A stretch of DNA of 64,000 nucleotides, from assembly GCF_009914755.1 (NCBI RefSeq), contig NC_060930.1; one strand, 5' to 3'. The notes below the pieces were generated by a model that was given only the letters and a program-made list of their open reading frames with translations, was not told the DNA's origin and ran no database searches. The stretch is from the human T2T-CHM13v2.0 reference genome, Homo sapiens. Numbering within the stretch: position 1 is the first letter of the stretch; each line of letters begins with the position of its first letter. A program made the translations under genes and the position numbers. Positions 20,371 through 36,132 of this stretch are shown here, in pieces.

Positions 20371-20884
20371 ATAAGTTTTAATCTTTAGTGCAAAGTGGGT
20401 ATTTGGTGTGAATTTTTTTCCTCTAAAATTGTTCCACATATATTGACTAATTTTATTCTTTCCCCCACTGATATGAAGTGCATTTTACCATACACCAAAC
20501 GCTTCTAGGTTTTCTGTTTGATCCCATTGCTCCATCTGTTGTTGCACCAGCACTGTACCCTAGTATATGGTATGTGTACAATATGTACATTCTAGACTTA
20601 TCACAGGATTAATATCTGGAAGCATTCATCCCCTCTCCCCTCAACACCATCTATTGTTCTCAGAATTTACGGACTTGGATTACAGCCTGATCAGGATTTA
20701 AATTTTTCTGTCATTCCATACAGTGCACAGAAAGAACCTGGGCTGTAGACTCAGAGGACTTGGATTCCAATCCTGGCTCCACCACTTAGCAGCTGTTTAA
20801 ATTGTGCATGTTATTCTCTGTAAACCTCGGGTTCTTTATTGAAATAATCCTGTGAAAATCAGCACTTAACCCAAGTTCCTCTGA

Positions 20885-21339
<455 letters not shown>

Positions 21340-21364
21340 CTATTAAGCAGCTCATTTTCTTTTT

Positions 21365-21615
21365 CTTCCTTTTTTTTTTCTTTTGTATAAATGTAGGGGG
21401 TACATACAAGTGCAGTTTTGATATAGGGAAATATTGCATAGTGGTGAACTCTGGGCTTTTAGTGTAACCATTGCCCAAATAGTGTACATTGTATCCATTA
21501 AGGAATTTCTCATTCCTCACTCCCCTCCCACCCTTCTGGGTCTCCAGTATCTATTATTCCACACTTTACGTTTGTGTATACACATTATTTAGCTTCTGCT
21601 TATAAGTGAGAACAA
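21365..21615 (-). mobile_element. L1 (L1PB/L1MA-like) 3' end
   Basis: ggggtacatacaagtgcagtttt...gcttttagtgtaacc...ttataagtgagaaca; similar piece at ~25950-26150. Confidence 0.75.
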
Positions 21616-21646
21616 AACATCTAATTTAAAAATATATAATATGAAG

Positions 21647-21935
21647 GGCTGGTGCAGTGGTTCATGCCTGTAATCCAAGCACTTTGGGAGGCCAAGGTGG
21701 GAGGATCACTTGAGGCTAGGAGTTTGAGATCAGCCTGGGCAATATAGCGAGACCCCTTCTCTATAAAAAATTTAAAAATTAGCCAGATGTAGTGGTGCAT
21801 GCCTGTATTCCTAGCTACTTGGGAGACTGAGGCAGGAGGATTGCTTGAGTCCAGGCATTTGAGGCTGTAGCTGGCTATGATCAGGCTACTGCACTACAGC
21901 CTGTGTGACAGAGTGGAACCCCATCTCTGAAAAAA
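21647..21935 (+). mobile_element. AluJ
   Basis: Diverged dimeric Alu with J-type features. Confidence 0.85.
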
Positions 21936-22533
<598 letters not shown>

Positions 22534-22614
22534 CTTACAATACTTTGTATACTATATACACTATAAAAAAAGTATATATACAATACTATGTATACTATAT
22601 CTGCATCCTGCCTG

Positions 22615-23553
<939 letters not shown>

Positions 23554-24554
23554 ACCTACGGTAAAGCCGGGGTCATCTGTTGATTACCTGCCTCTTCCCC
23601 TCTTCTAATCTCTAAGACACACCTCCTTCACAAAAGCCTAAGTAGCTGCTCCATACTTTTCCTCTCACCCCCTCCGCTTCCTCATTTTTGGAGACAAGAC
23701 CATCTCTGTCAGGGACCAAGTCCTATTCAGGCTTCATATCTGCTCCACCTCCCAGAAAGCCCAGTGATTGGGATTTCTGCTCCATCTTAGAGTCATTGGC
23801 ATCTGCCCCTCAAGGGCTCTGACCCTGTGTCTCCCACCCTCACCCCTCCTGCTTTCCCTGCACCTGCTTCACCCCCCTGCCACCCCTCCAGCCACTAAGC
23901 CTGCCTCCTTCCACATCTTCAGGCCCCCTCGACCACTCCCAGTTCTCAAGGTCTCAGCCCCTTCCCGCCTTATCCTCCTGGCTCCATTTGGACCTGGGCA
24001 TGCCCACGTTGGCACCCAATCACATCCAGAAACCTCTGGACATCTTCTGTGGCTCTTCTGGACACTTTTGTGTCTGCCTTGCTGATTTGAATTTCCAGCT
24101 GCCAGTCATCATTCCCACTGTAAGTTTCCTCCCCTCTGGGGTGCCCATAGCATTGAAAGGAAGCTGAAACAGCTGGTCTTCCACCACCAGTTCCTGCCTT
24201 CTTCTCTCCTTACCCTCAGCCCCGGGCCCCACCCCTACTCTCCTCAATGCTGCCGTACCCAGTCAAGGCCGGCAGATACCTTTTCCCACTCACATATTTC
24301 TCAGTGTGTTCCTACTATTCTTTCCCCCTTCTCTCTCATCTTAGAAGATGAAGTATTCCTCTTTTCCTTCCTAGGCTGATCTCTGCCTTTCCTCCTGTGC
24401 CATAGACTCTCTCTCACCTCCCTTCCAACGTTGTTTCATACATCTCTATACGCTCCCTCTCTGGGTCTGCATTCCTTTCCTGTTGACATAAATTGTTTGG
24501 GTGGTTTAACCCTTCTAAAACCCCTTCTCCACATTCTAATACTCACAGAGATAA

Positions 24555-24682
24555 TTTTTTTTAAGAGATGGGGTCTTGCTATGTTGTTGCCCAGGCTGGT
24601 CTTAAACTCCTGGGCTCAGAGATCTTTCTGCCTCACCTTCCTAAGTAGCTGGGATTATAGGTGTGCACTACCACACCCAGCT
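24555..24682 (-). mobile_element. Alu monomer (FLAM-like)
   Basis: Single antisense arm. Confidence 0.8.
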
Positions 24683-24712
24683 CCTAGAGATAATTTCCAA
24701 GGCACTGTGGAG

Positions 24713-24930
24713 CAGGGCTTCTCAACCCCGACACTATTAACCTTTGCGACCAGATAATTCTTTGCTGTGGAGGGCTTTCCCTATGCAGTGTAGGATGTTA
24801 AGCAGCATCCCTGGCCTCTACTCACTAAATGCCATTTGCACATTTCCCCCAGCTTGTGACAGCCAAAAAATGTCTCCAGACATTGCCAAACATACCCTAG
24901 GGTTCAGAATCACCTGGTTGAGAACCACTG
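24713..24930 (-). mobile_element. MER20 (hAT)
   Basis: Termini cagggcttctcaacc / ggttgagaaccactg and internal aaaaatgtctccagacattgccaaa. Confidence 0.9.
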
Positions 24931-25246
24931 GTGTAGACACTGAAAATGTGGACTCTACTGTGCTAGTTCATCTTTAGCCTTTTGCTATGCTAGGCATGTT
25001 GGAATCTACAAAATACCCAGCTACAGCTTCGGAATTTATTCTGCACATATGGAACGTAATACTTGGAGAACAGAAAGAGATTTGTACCTTATGTTCATGT
25101 GAGGGAGGGGTGATTATAAACCAAATTAGCAATACTTAAAAATGTGCACTTAACTTATCCTTCTAATTAAATCCTTGTAAAACAACTGCACAGACAACAA
25201 TGGCCCTACTGCAAAACTCCAATCAAGAGGGTTTTATTGAGATTAG

Positions 25247-25461
<215 letters not shown>

Positions 25462-27770
25462 TAGTAAACTATTTAATTCTTAATAGGCTAACAACAGCAA
25501 CCATGACAGTGACAATAAAAAAGTGTGGGCTCCAGGGTCAGGCTGCCTGGTTTGCCTCTCAGTGCTACCCCTTCCCAGCTGGGAGATGTTGGGCAGTTGA
25601 GGAAGCTCTCTGCTTCAGTTTCATCAGCTGCAAAATGGGGGTGGTAATGGCACCCACCTGAGTGAGGGTGGAGGGCACAGAGCCAGACTATACAGAGGAG
25701 GCCCTGGAGCGGGGCCTGGGCAGAGCCAGCCCTTCAATAAATGCTAACTGTTAATGGTCATTGCTATTGTTATTTTTCTTTCTTTCCCTTCCTTTCTCAC
25801 CTAAGTTCACGCCAGAGCACAGGGCCTTCACTTCCTCTTCTTCTACTCACTGTTTAACCCCTTGCTTTCTGGCCCCTGCCTACCATACTCACATGAACTC
25901 ACTTTCTCAGCTCTCAGCCTTTGTTTCTGCCACTTGCCTTGGTTTCTCTTTGTTTGTTTGCTTTTTGCATAAGTTTAAGGGGTATAGGTGCAGTTTTGGT
26001 ACATGGATATATTGCACAGTGGTGAAGTGTGGCCTTTTAGTGTAACCATCACCCGCATGATGTACATTGTACCATTAAGTACTCTTACCCCCTGCCACCC
26101 TCTCACCCCTCCAAGTCTCCAGCATCTATTATCCCACATTCTGTGTGGTTTCTCTGTGTTTTAACACTGTGGGCCACCTTTTCCCTTAGCTGTTCTGCTT
26201 CTTTAGAGGCAAAAGAGAAGGAGCTCTTACCACTCCCTCTTCTTTTTCCACTGAATTGCAGCCATTTCCTTGGGTCCTGCCCTAGCCTGTCATTGTCCAT
26301 GGTCTCTTTACCTAGACGTGTCTTTAGGCCTCCCTCCTGAGTTCCCCTCCTCTCCAATTCCACAAGTCGCACCCCCATCCACGACTCATGCCGCTGGTGA
26401 ATGGACACACCCTCTATCCAGTTATCTAAGGCCAAGCCCAGAGAATCGGCCTTCTTAACTCCATGACTTCTCACTCCACAACCAACGGGGACCAAGCCTT
26501 GCGGATCTGTCCCCTTGACATCTCCTGTCTCTGGTCCTTCCTGCACTGCCACGGGTCACGCTAACTGCTGCGGCAGTTTCACCTCTTTTGTTGCCACACA
26601 CCCTGGTCAGTGCTCCAGAAGGATTGTTTCCTTTCCTCTCACAGTCAGTTGGTCAAGTTCTGTTGATTCTATGGCCTAATTATGTCCCAGATGAATCCAT
26701 TCCTCTCCACCTCTACAGCCAGTGCCTCTTCCACCCCTACAGCCAGTGCCTCCCTAGGTCTTTATTCTTGCTTAACTAAATTCTTCTATTACTATTAATT
26801 CCTAACTCCCCCTCCTGCCTTGTCCTGCCATCCTTCAGACCATCCTCCACGGTACCCTCCTCCGTGAGCCCTTTCACGGCCTGACTGCTGGATAACGTCC
26901 AAGTCCGCTGTGCATAGCGCTCTTGGCGATCTGGCCCACTGGCTACTCCTACAGCCCCATCTCTGGCTGCCTCCCCTCCTCCCTCTGCTGCTCCAGCTCC
27001 AGAGGGTGGTATTTGCAGTTCAGGAAACTGACCTTGTTTTACGCCTCTGTGCCCTTGTGCTTGCAGCTCCCTGCCCACTCTGGCTGGAGTGCCCTGCCCC
27101 CTCCTCTCTGCCTGGGGACACCTACACAGCTGTGAGACCTCATCCAAGTGGCCTTCTCCAGCATCCACACCTTTTTTCTTCATGATCCTCTTCCACAGCT
27201 TAGCTCTGTTGTCCATTTATTTCTACCTCCAGGCTCAATATCACCTACTCTGTCACCTTCCACCTCAAATGGGTTCCCCTTCTCCCTGACTTTCTCATTT
27301 TTGTCCTTCTGTCAGCTACCTAGCTAAGACCCAGGCATCATCTTGGCCCTGATTTCTGCACCTCACCCCCCATCCCTCGTTCCCCCTCCATTATGGGTCC
27401 ACCGCTTGCTTCTCTGTGAGTTCTTCCTCTGAAGTGCTTCTTGACCTCCTCTACCCTCACCCTAGTTCAGGCCCTTGATACCTAAGCTTTTCCACAGCCA
27501 ATATTCAGAAGTTTTCGTGGGACAGGCTCAGCTTATTTACCTTTTAGTCTCATCACCCATCTATTCCTGTAAATGTTATATTCAGCCAAGCTGTAATCCT
27601 TACTGGTCTCCGAGTGGGACCCATAATTTGTTACAATCGTGCTCTTGTATCTGCTGCTGTTTTTAATTCCCAATCTTCATCTACTGAATTTCTAGTCATT
27701 CTCCATGGCCCAAATCCATTACTTTCTCTTCCATGAAGCTTTCCCTGATCACTCTTCTTAGAATTGATCT

Positions 27771-28656
<886 letters not shown>

Positions 28657-28759
28657 TTAATTTTTTTTATTATATGTTAGATTACGTCTCAAAAAAAGTG
28701 ATCTCTTTGCTCTGAACTGAATTTGGTATGTATTTAATGTTTTTTATTATATGTTTTAT

Positions 28760-29058
28760 GTTATATTATATATTATATATATTAATATATATTATATGTT
28801 AATTAACATATAATATATAATATTATATGTTAATTAACATATAATATATAATATTATATGTTAATTAACATATAATATATAATATTATATGTTAATTAAC
28901 ATATAATATATAATATTATATGTTAATTAACATATAATATATAATATTATATATAATATAATATATATAATATATAATATTATATATAATATAATATATA
29001 TAATATATAATATTATATATAATATAATATATATAATATAATATATAATATATTATTT
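28760..29058. repeat. AT-rich minisatellite with 5 copies of a 31-bp palindromic unit
   Basis: GTTAATTAAC cores at 28798, 28829, 28860, 28891 and 28922. Confidence 0.95.
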
Positions 29059-29189
29059 TATTTCATGATTACATCATGAGGATGCAGAGATCAGATTGCA
29101 AGCTCTTTTAAGGCACAGATTATAAATTACCCATTTTTGTATCAGTTCTCCACTACAGAACCCAGCACAATTCCATATATGTCTATACA

Positions 29190-30790
<1,601 letters not shown>

Positions 30791-30898
30791 TGACTCCTGA
30801 ACAGCTGGTTTGACTGCCAAGTTTATTAATTAGCTAGAAATGAGAAACACAGGGCCCAGCATCATGATACTCCAATTTTGAAAATATAACATGTAATA

Positions 30899-31197
30899 GG
30901 CTGGGCACAATGGCTTACACCTGTAATCCCAGCAATTTGGGAGGCCAAGGTGGGAGAATCACTTGAGCCCTAGAGCCTGAGACCAGCCTGGGCAACATAG
31001 CAAGACCTCCTCTCTACTAAAACTTTTAAAATTAACTAGATGTGGTGACATGCACTGTAGTCCCACCTACTTGGGAGGCTAAAGGTGGAGGATCACTTGA
31101 GACCAGGAATTCAAAGCTGCAGTGAGTTGTGATCCCACCACTGAACTCCAGCCCGGGCAACAGAGTGATGCTCTGTCTCCAAAAAAAAAAAAAAATT
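30899..31197 (+). mobile_element. AluJ
   Basis: Diverged full Alu. Confidence 0.85.
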
Positions 31198-31984
31198 AAA
31201 AAAAGTTGTAGTAAAACTGTTTTCAATCTTTTTTGTTGCCAGTATTTTCTAGATGGCATTATACAGGTGGCAATTTGTCATGAAAATTCATATAGCATTG
31301 GAGATTTGCTAAATTATGCATAAAATTCCAATTTTGATATTTTTCCTATTCAAAACTTATCCCTGAATGGGGAGACCAGGAAAGGCTAGCTCCTGAATCA
31401 GAGACAAAGTGAGTAAATAAAGTAGCATTCCCCACAGGGCCCTTCCTCTGCCCTCATTGGAACACATTACAACTTAGAAACACAAGACACCTATTCTATG
31501 ATGGCAATGTGAACTATTATTCCTGTCTAGAGACCTGCCCATCTCCTCCACGACTGGCCTGTCTTCAAAAAAGCATTTGATAATACATTTGGGGGCGGCG
31601 GGGTTGGGGGAGGCTCAGAAAAATGCAACCGCTAAAATTTCTCTGGATGGAGTTTTCTTCAGTAAACAGTAGACCCTGGGAAACATAACACGTTCCGAAA
31701 ACTTAATTTTGATGACTGAAAGTCAGAGAAACAGCCAGCTGAATCAGCTCCTTCTTGGGCAGTGGTTTAGCCTACTTATCTCATATCAGACCTAAGGGTC
31801 CAGCTGCTTTTCCTTGGTTCTAAAGAGTTCTATTCTGGCCAGGACCCATCCCGAGACAGACACTTCTGTCTGCAGCCCTGAAAACTAGAGGTCAATGGAA
31901 GGGCTCAAATTAAAGGCCCACAGTTGGGCTTACAACTCTCCATGGTGTTCAAGCCTTCTCAGAGGAGCTGGTGTGGTGGAGCCA

Positions 31985-31997
31985 GGGTCAAAGGTCA
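31985..31997 (+). promoter_or_regulatory. DR1 nuclear receptor element GGGTCA-A-AGGTCA
   Basis: Exact match to the RGGTCA-N-AGGTCA consensus (HNF4/RXR/PPAR/COUP-TF), ~1.3 kb upstream of exon 1; function not shown. Confidence 0.5.
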
Positions 31998-33274
31998 TAG
32001 TAAATAGAAAGTAGCCAGCTTTCTGCCTGCATAACATCATCTTGCCTAACCAGACTCAAACGCTTAATTCTACTGTAGTATTCTTTGGACATTCTTCTTT
32101 AGAACTACGGGGGCGGGGGGGGGGGCGTGTTTATTTTCAACAACCACAATCATCCTTATCTTTCTGAAGATGTTTCCAAAGGCTGAGAACAGACCCCTTT
32201 CAGAACCTCGGTAGGAGAAGTATTAACAGTTGGAAACATGTCAGCTGCTTTATGGAGGAAGCACAGCCCAGGCCTGGTTTCTCTGGGCTCCGTGATAACT
32301 TGGGGCAAGGCAGCCAGTGCGAAGCGTGGTGGCAGGAGCTGGAGAGATGGAGAGCGGCTCGGAGAAGGGCCCCTGCTTTTCAGAGTTGAAACAGGAGCCC
32401 TCTGAGAGAAAGAGATACTGCGTGTGGCTTCTCTGAAGCCTTGGAGGGCGACGTGGATGACACAGCATCAGCCATTCCATCGCGGGGTGGGGACACAGTG
32501 GCGGCAGGAACCGTCCTCAGCCCCTGGCGGCCACGGCAGTTCCCCGCTGAAGCATCCTTTGTGGGGTGTGGGTAAGGGAGGGGGACCAAAGTCGGGTCGG
32601 AGTTGAGTTTGTTAGACGGCGAGCACACTCAGGGCGGCAGCCCGAGTAAGAAGGATGGCCCCGGGAGAGAAACGGCTCGAAGCTAGGGGCGGGGTGAAGC
32701 GCCTGCTCCTTAATCTCCTGCCCCATCATCCACTCGCCCCACCTGGATGCAGAGCGAGGACCGCGTGGAAAGGAAACGGCGCGGGCGGGGCTCCCCCTCG
32801 CAGATGCCTCGGAGACCCAGAGGGGCGGCGTCAGGCCAGGGCCCCGAGCCCTACGCCCCCCATCCCCCCAACTCCAGCGCCTCTGAGGTGCCCCTCTCGC
32901 AATTCCGAGGCATCACCGTGTCTCCCCCGCCTCCGTTAAAATAGTGAAACTGCGGAGTGAAGTGATGGAAAGCCGGGGGCGGGGAGTCGCCCGCGGCGAG
33001 GGGCTGCAGGGGAGGGGGCGCGGTGGCCGAATAAGGTGGCCCGCGAGCAACGGGACGATTGGGATCGCACCCAGTCGCGGCCTCCCGGACCCTTCCCCTC
33101 GGGCAGCCCGGCCCTCCCATGGCCCGGGGCGCCTTGGGAGGGCGTAGGGCAAACCTGGGGCTGCGGTGGGGGGTGGGGAGGGGACTCCACCTCCATCCAT
33201 CCCGGGATGGCAACTGCGGTCACCCTGCTAAAGTCGGGGCGGGGGCGGCGGTCCTCCCCCTCACCCCCCCCAGT

Positions 33275-33278
33275 CCGA

Positions 33279-33309
<31 letters not shown>

Positions 33310-33374
33310 GGCCGCTCAGTAACACGTCCCCAGGAGACTCGCAGGAGCAACACGTGATGTGTCTACTTATCAGG
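33275..33374 (+). other. RREB1: Putative non-coding first exon (5' UTR)
   Basis: (GCC)9 then CTCAGTAACACGTCCCCAGGAGACTCGCAGGAGCAACACGTGATGTGTCTACTTATCAGG, ending at donor AGG|GTGAGA. Recalled as resembling the RREB1 mRNA 5' end; TSS approximate. Confidence 0.55.
33280..33309 (+). repeat. (GCC)9 / (CGC)10 trinucleotide repeat
   Basis: Direct count of uninterrupted units. Confidence 0.95.
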
Positions 33375-33499
33375 GTGAGAGGGGGAGAGCGAGACTCCGA
33401 GCGTGCGGGCGAGGAAGCTGGGCGGGGGGCCGAGACGGGGGCCGGGACGACGGCTGGGGCGCCGGGGTCGCCAGCTCCTCGCCCACCTCCCTCCCTGTG

Positions 33500-33666
33500 G
33501 GAGAAGAGGAGGAGGGGAAGTGACTGCGGAGTTGATGAACTTTGCACATCCAGAAACGCCATTTTGATTCCTTTTCCGGAACAAGTTTGCATCTCTCCTC
33601 GGTCTCTCCCTGAAGCCCACCGGTCCCCAACGCATCATGCCAGGGAGCCAAGCGTCCTGCCCGGCC
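33500..33666 (+). other. Candidate alternative first exon or exon-1 extension
   Basis: Consensus intronic donor GCC|GTAAGT at 33666/33667; YY1 motif CGCCATTTT at 33557-33565; start unknown. Confidence 0.4.
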
Positions 33667-33922
33667 GTAAGTACGTGCCCCGGATTCCGACTCGCGGTAC
33701 GCCGGCGGCAGCGAGAAGTCTGGGGCACAGCCGGAGCGACCTTTTAAAGAACTTTGGGGATGGGGAGGGTGAAGTCTGCAGAGCGCGTTGTACTTTTGAA
33801 ACTCGGTGTGTCCCGGAGCCGGGGACCCGCACGCCCCACTCCGCGCAGCGTGCGCTCGGGCCGGCGGGGCGGCCAGGGATGAGCGGGGCAGCCCTCTCCC
33901 CTCGGGCTGCGCGCCGGGCCAT

Positions 33923-33955
33923 TCCTCCTCCTCCTCCTCCTCCTCCTCCTCCTCC
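33923..33955 (+). repeat. (TCC)11 trinucleotide repeat
   Basis: Direct count. Confidence 0.95.
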
Positions 33956-33959
33956 CCTT

Positions 33960-34317
33960 CCTCCGCTCTTTTCCCTTTCCCGAGCCGCCGGCTCTGCCAA
34001 CCAGCTCCCAGCGCGAGCCGCCGCAGCGCCCCGCCAGCAGGACCTGATGCGCATCCATATTAGCCGTCCGAGCGCAGGAATCCGGCCCGACCCGCGCCGC
34101 CGAGTTTATTTTTAACCAGCACCGCCGGGACTCGGATGGTGCGCGCACCGCCGGCCAGAAACATCTTCCCAGCGCTGCTCTCCATCTTCCGCCCTCTCTC
34201 CCTCGACATCCTCCCCCCCATGTGGGAGGGGAAACTTTTCTCCTACATACTTTCGAGTCCTTCTCGGGCCGGGAAGCGCGGAGATGACGGCGCCCGCCCT
34301 CCCGCCGCCGCCCTAAG
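33960..34317 (+). other. Candidate alternative first exon downstream of (TCC)11
   Basis: Pyrimidine-rich initiator-like region followed by donor AAG|GTATCC at 34317/34318; another donor GGG|GTGAGT at 34588/34589. Confidence 0.3.
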
Positions 34318-36093
34318 GTATCCGGGGGTGCCTGCCCGGGGTGCTCGCGCGGGGGTGCCTGCTCGGGGCTGCTCGGTGGGAGCATCCGCCGCGCCCTGCT
34401 CTGCGGACTTTGAACCTCCCGGGCGGACGGCGCCGGCCGGGAGGGGGCCGCGGGCAGCCCCGCGCCCTCGCGGGTTCCTGGCTGGCGGTCGTGGTCACGC
34501 CGACCACCGCCCCGGGGGGCCTGGGGAGGAGGGGACCGGGCCCTAGCCGTGCGGGCACGTATTGTTCCCTCGCCCTTCCGTTGGCGGGGTGAGTGTTTTC
34601 GTGGGAGCCCTCGGTGTGGAGCTAGCCTGCCTCGCGGGCGGGGGGGGTGGGGGGCTCGGCGCCGTCACGAGCACAGGAAGGAGGCCGGGAGCATCCGAGG
34701 CGGGGCCGGCCGCCGGGGCCCGCTCCGCCGCCCAGCTGTGGAGCGCGCTCGGAAACTTTTGTCCGCCGCCCGCTGGACCAGTTTTTCACGAGTTCTGGGG
34801 CTTCCCTTCCTCCTTCCATCCCGGCCCCCGGCGTCTAGCTGGGTGGGGGGAGGGGGCCTGTTGCTGCCCCCCCCGCCCCCAACTTCCCGCACAAGCCTTG
34901 GGCCGGGCCCCCCGCGCCCCCTCCCCGCTCGCGGTCTCTTAGGAAACTGCGACCTTAATGGTTGCTAAGGAGCAGGGGAGGTCCTTCCCGTCGCCGACCC
35001 CCTCCCTGGGAAGCGGCGTGTTTTCTGGACCGGGCCAAGGGCGCGTGGAGGATGTGACCTGCTCCGCGGCCGCGCGTGAGTGCGGGGCGCGTCGGCCGAG
35101 CCCACCGATGGGCGAGGCCACCTTTCTCTCCGGGCGGGGCGGGGAGCTGGGGGACGCGGGGACCCCACGGGGTGCGGGCCCGGGCCGCTTGACAGGCGCC
35201 GCGTGCAGCTCGCGCCCCTCGGCCGCCGTGCATCCGTGATGGGTTATAAAAGAGGAGGAAAGTATTTCTCCTTGCTCAGCAGATTTGCCCTCCCTCGCTC
35301 CTTACTGGTTAGGAGATAGAACGTGAGCCCAGATCCGGACGAGCAGTTCACATTCCATTACGAAATTCTACACGGCTTCAGAGCCAGCAGCAGCACACAT
35401 TCGGGGCACTTTGGAGGGGTTTTCTTCGTTTGAGGATGCTCCTGCTGCTGCTGCTTGTGATGGTGGTGGATGTGGAGAGAGACAAAAGGGTGAATAAAAA
35501 AATATAACGTTTTGGTATGTTGAAAAACCTGTCCGGGGGTTTTCATTAGTAGAAAATTGAACCCTCTTAGAGTTTAGATTTAAGCTTAGCTCTTTAAAAG
35601 CCAGTGGAAATAAAGTTTGCCTGTTGAATGGTGTTGCTGGAAATAGCGAGGAATTTCTGTCTTAAGAAGAAATGATTTCTGCAAAGGCAGAGTTGCTAGT
35701 GCATCTCCATTATTTTTGATATTTTTTTTCCCCTTTATATATGTAGTGGACCCTGCATGTGTGCGAGTTGATTCTGAAATAAGTTTAATTGAAGTGGAAG
35801 GTGGGGAAAAGAGAACTGCCAAGAAAAGAATGTGGTTTAGTTTTGTTTTTTCACACCCATGAAAATCATCCTCTAGATTTGGTGCTTTTTCAAGTAGGCA
35901 GGTATAGTTTCTAAGACATATTTCAACCCGGAAGTCTGAGTTAGATAGAGGCCAAAGTGTTGGCTAAAACCTCTTTGAAAAACAAACGTTGAGTTTTGTG
36001 CTATCTTCAAGAGTCCACAGAACTTCTGAAGGAATGGGTTCGAGCTACTCTACAAGTAATTTATACAAAGACAGAATCACTAATTTTAGGGGT

Positions 36094-36094
<1 letters not shown>

Positions 36095-36126
<32 letters not shown>
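36095..36126 (+). repeat. (GT)16 microsatellite
   Basis: Direct count. Confidence 0.95.

Positions 36127-36132
<6 letters not shown>

Larger units (their letters stand above)
32290..35350 (+). promoter_or_regulatory. RREB1: CpG-island promoter of a + strand gene with a non-coding first exon (probably RREB1)
   Basis: ~3 kb of very GC/CpG-rich sequence with many GC boxes (e.g. GGGGCGGGG at 32976), no Alus and several + strand GT splice donors. The island is seen directly; the gene name is recalled from exon-1 sequence and not verified. Confidence 0.6.

Noticed and set aside
28789-28943. Palindromic regularly spaced repeats resembling a CRISPR array
   Set aside because: No unique spacers (constant 3-bp linker), no cas genes and a mammalian context; it is a minisatellite.
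32519-32535. CTCF-like motif (minus strand TGGCCGCCAGGGGCTG)
   Set aside because: Imperfect match in GC-rich DNA; cannot be supported without a PWM score or ChIP data.
32840-33200. Possible RREB1 autoregulatory sites and G-quadruplexes
   Set aside because: No close match to CCCCAAACCACCCC; G-runs are ubiquitous in such islands and not distinctive.
33036-34115. 359-aa ORF and other overlapping long ORFs in the CpG island
   Set aside because: Non-ATG start for the 359-aa ORF, low-complexity Pro/Arg/Gly content, ORFs open in many frames on both strands and running through splice donors; typical stop-codon depletion in GC-rich DNA.
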